Shown: one piece after another, positions 18,494 to 18,938 of the stretch
Position numbering within the stretch: the stretch's first letter is position 1
How the letters are laid out: every line of letters begins with the position of its first letter
Assembly: GCA_963727485.1 (NCBI GenBank)
Contig: CAVSGM010000006.1
Coordinates: 1-18,938 of the forward strand
Direction of reading: 5' to 3'
DNA from: an uncultured delta proteobacterium
Lineage (GTDB): Bacteria > Myxococcota > Myxococcia > SLRQ01
DNA length: 18,938 nucleotides
Position numbers and translations under genes: made by a program
Notes under the pieces: model-generated
Databases searched by the model: none
What the model saw: the letters and a program-made list of their open reading frames with translations, nothing else
What the model was told of the DNA's origin: nothing

Positions 18494-18900
18494 TCAGCCA
18501 GCCCTGGTTCGCAGGTAGGCGAGGACCGCCGGCCAGTCCGGGAAGGCCTCCGACTTGAAGTGGATGTGCTCGCCATTGAACCGACCGACGCCATTCTTCG
18601 TCCGATCGTCCACCTGGAAGTCGCCCGGTTCAACTCCTTGTGGTGGGTGAGGAGCCTGTCGGACCAGGCGGTCGGGTTCTCCCACGGCGAGGTGGACAGG
18701 ATGTAGGTGTCGAAGCGCCCGCAGAGCTCGGCGTAGGCCTCGAGGGCGCCGGGCATCGGGTCCATCTGGGAGAAGATGTCGGGCACCTCGTCGAGGCGGC
18801 CCTCGAACTTCGTTCGAGTCGCCTCCGTGAGGTGGGTGACGCCGGCCTTGAGGTCGACGAGCACGTTGTCCGTTCCAACCCCGACGCTACGGCGGGGGTG
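18494..18900 (-). pseudogene. Degenerate 5'(3')-deoxyribonucleotidase (NT5C-type HAD hydrolase)
   Basis: DNVLVD...IFSQMDPMPGALEA...YILSTSPWENPTAWSD...HHKELN-GDFQVDDRTKNG...FPDWPAV. Motif I reads VGTDN instead of DxDN, the segment between WSD and LTHHK looks shortened, and no start codon is visible. Confidence 0.75.
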
Positions 18901-18938
18901 GTGGCGGGGACCGGGCCCTGGTGAACGAGCGCTGGCTC

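Noticed and set aside
1..18938. CRISPR arrays, tRNA/rRNA genes, reverse transcriptase/retron, integrase or transposase
   Set aside because: By eye I saw no regularly spaced direct repeats, no tRNA or rRNA signatures, and no RT, recombinase or DDE motifs.

Overview
Very GC-rich bacterial DNA, probably from a diderm such as Myxococcota (inferred from a lipoprotein, a predicted outer-membrane barrel and codon usage). Many 1-nt indels, often in G/C runs, look like long-read errors, so several genes were rebuilt across frames by eye. Left to right: an AraC-family regulator (-); a lower-GC islet with a predicted PD-(D/E)xK-like nuclease and a GIY-YIG nuclease (+); a tandem-AAA+ ATPase (-); two hypothetical genes; an Mre11/SbcD (YhaO)-like nuclease coupled to a Rad50/SbcC (YhaN)-like ATPase (+); a 534-aa hypothetical (-); a Cys-rich 7-blade beta-propeller lipoprotein (+); a four-gene operon (+); a DUF3592-like membrane protein (-); and a degenerate 5'(3')-deoxyribonucleotidase (-). 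The operon encodes an acyl-carrier-protein-like protein lacking the phosphopantetheine Ser, a signal-peptide beta-barrel protein, a signal-less phospholipase C/phosphoesterase and a GT-C-like membrane protein. Best leads: (1) this pseudo-ACP operon; (2) a shared WYL/PafBC/DriD-style promoter box upstream of both the AAA ATPase and the SbcCD-like operon; (3) the two-nuclease islet as a candidate defence system. Family assignments come from recalled motifs, not database searches.
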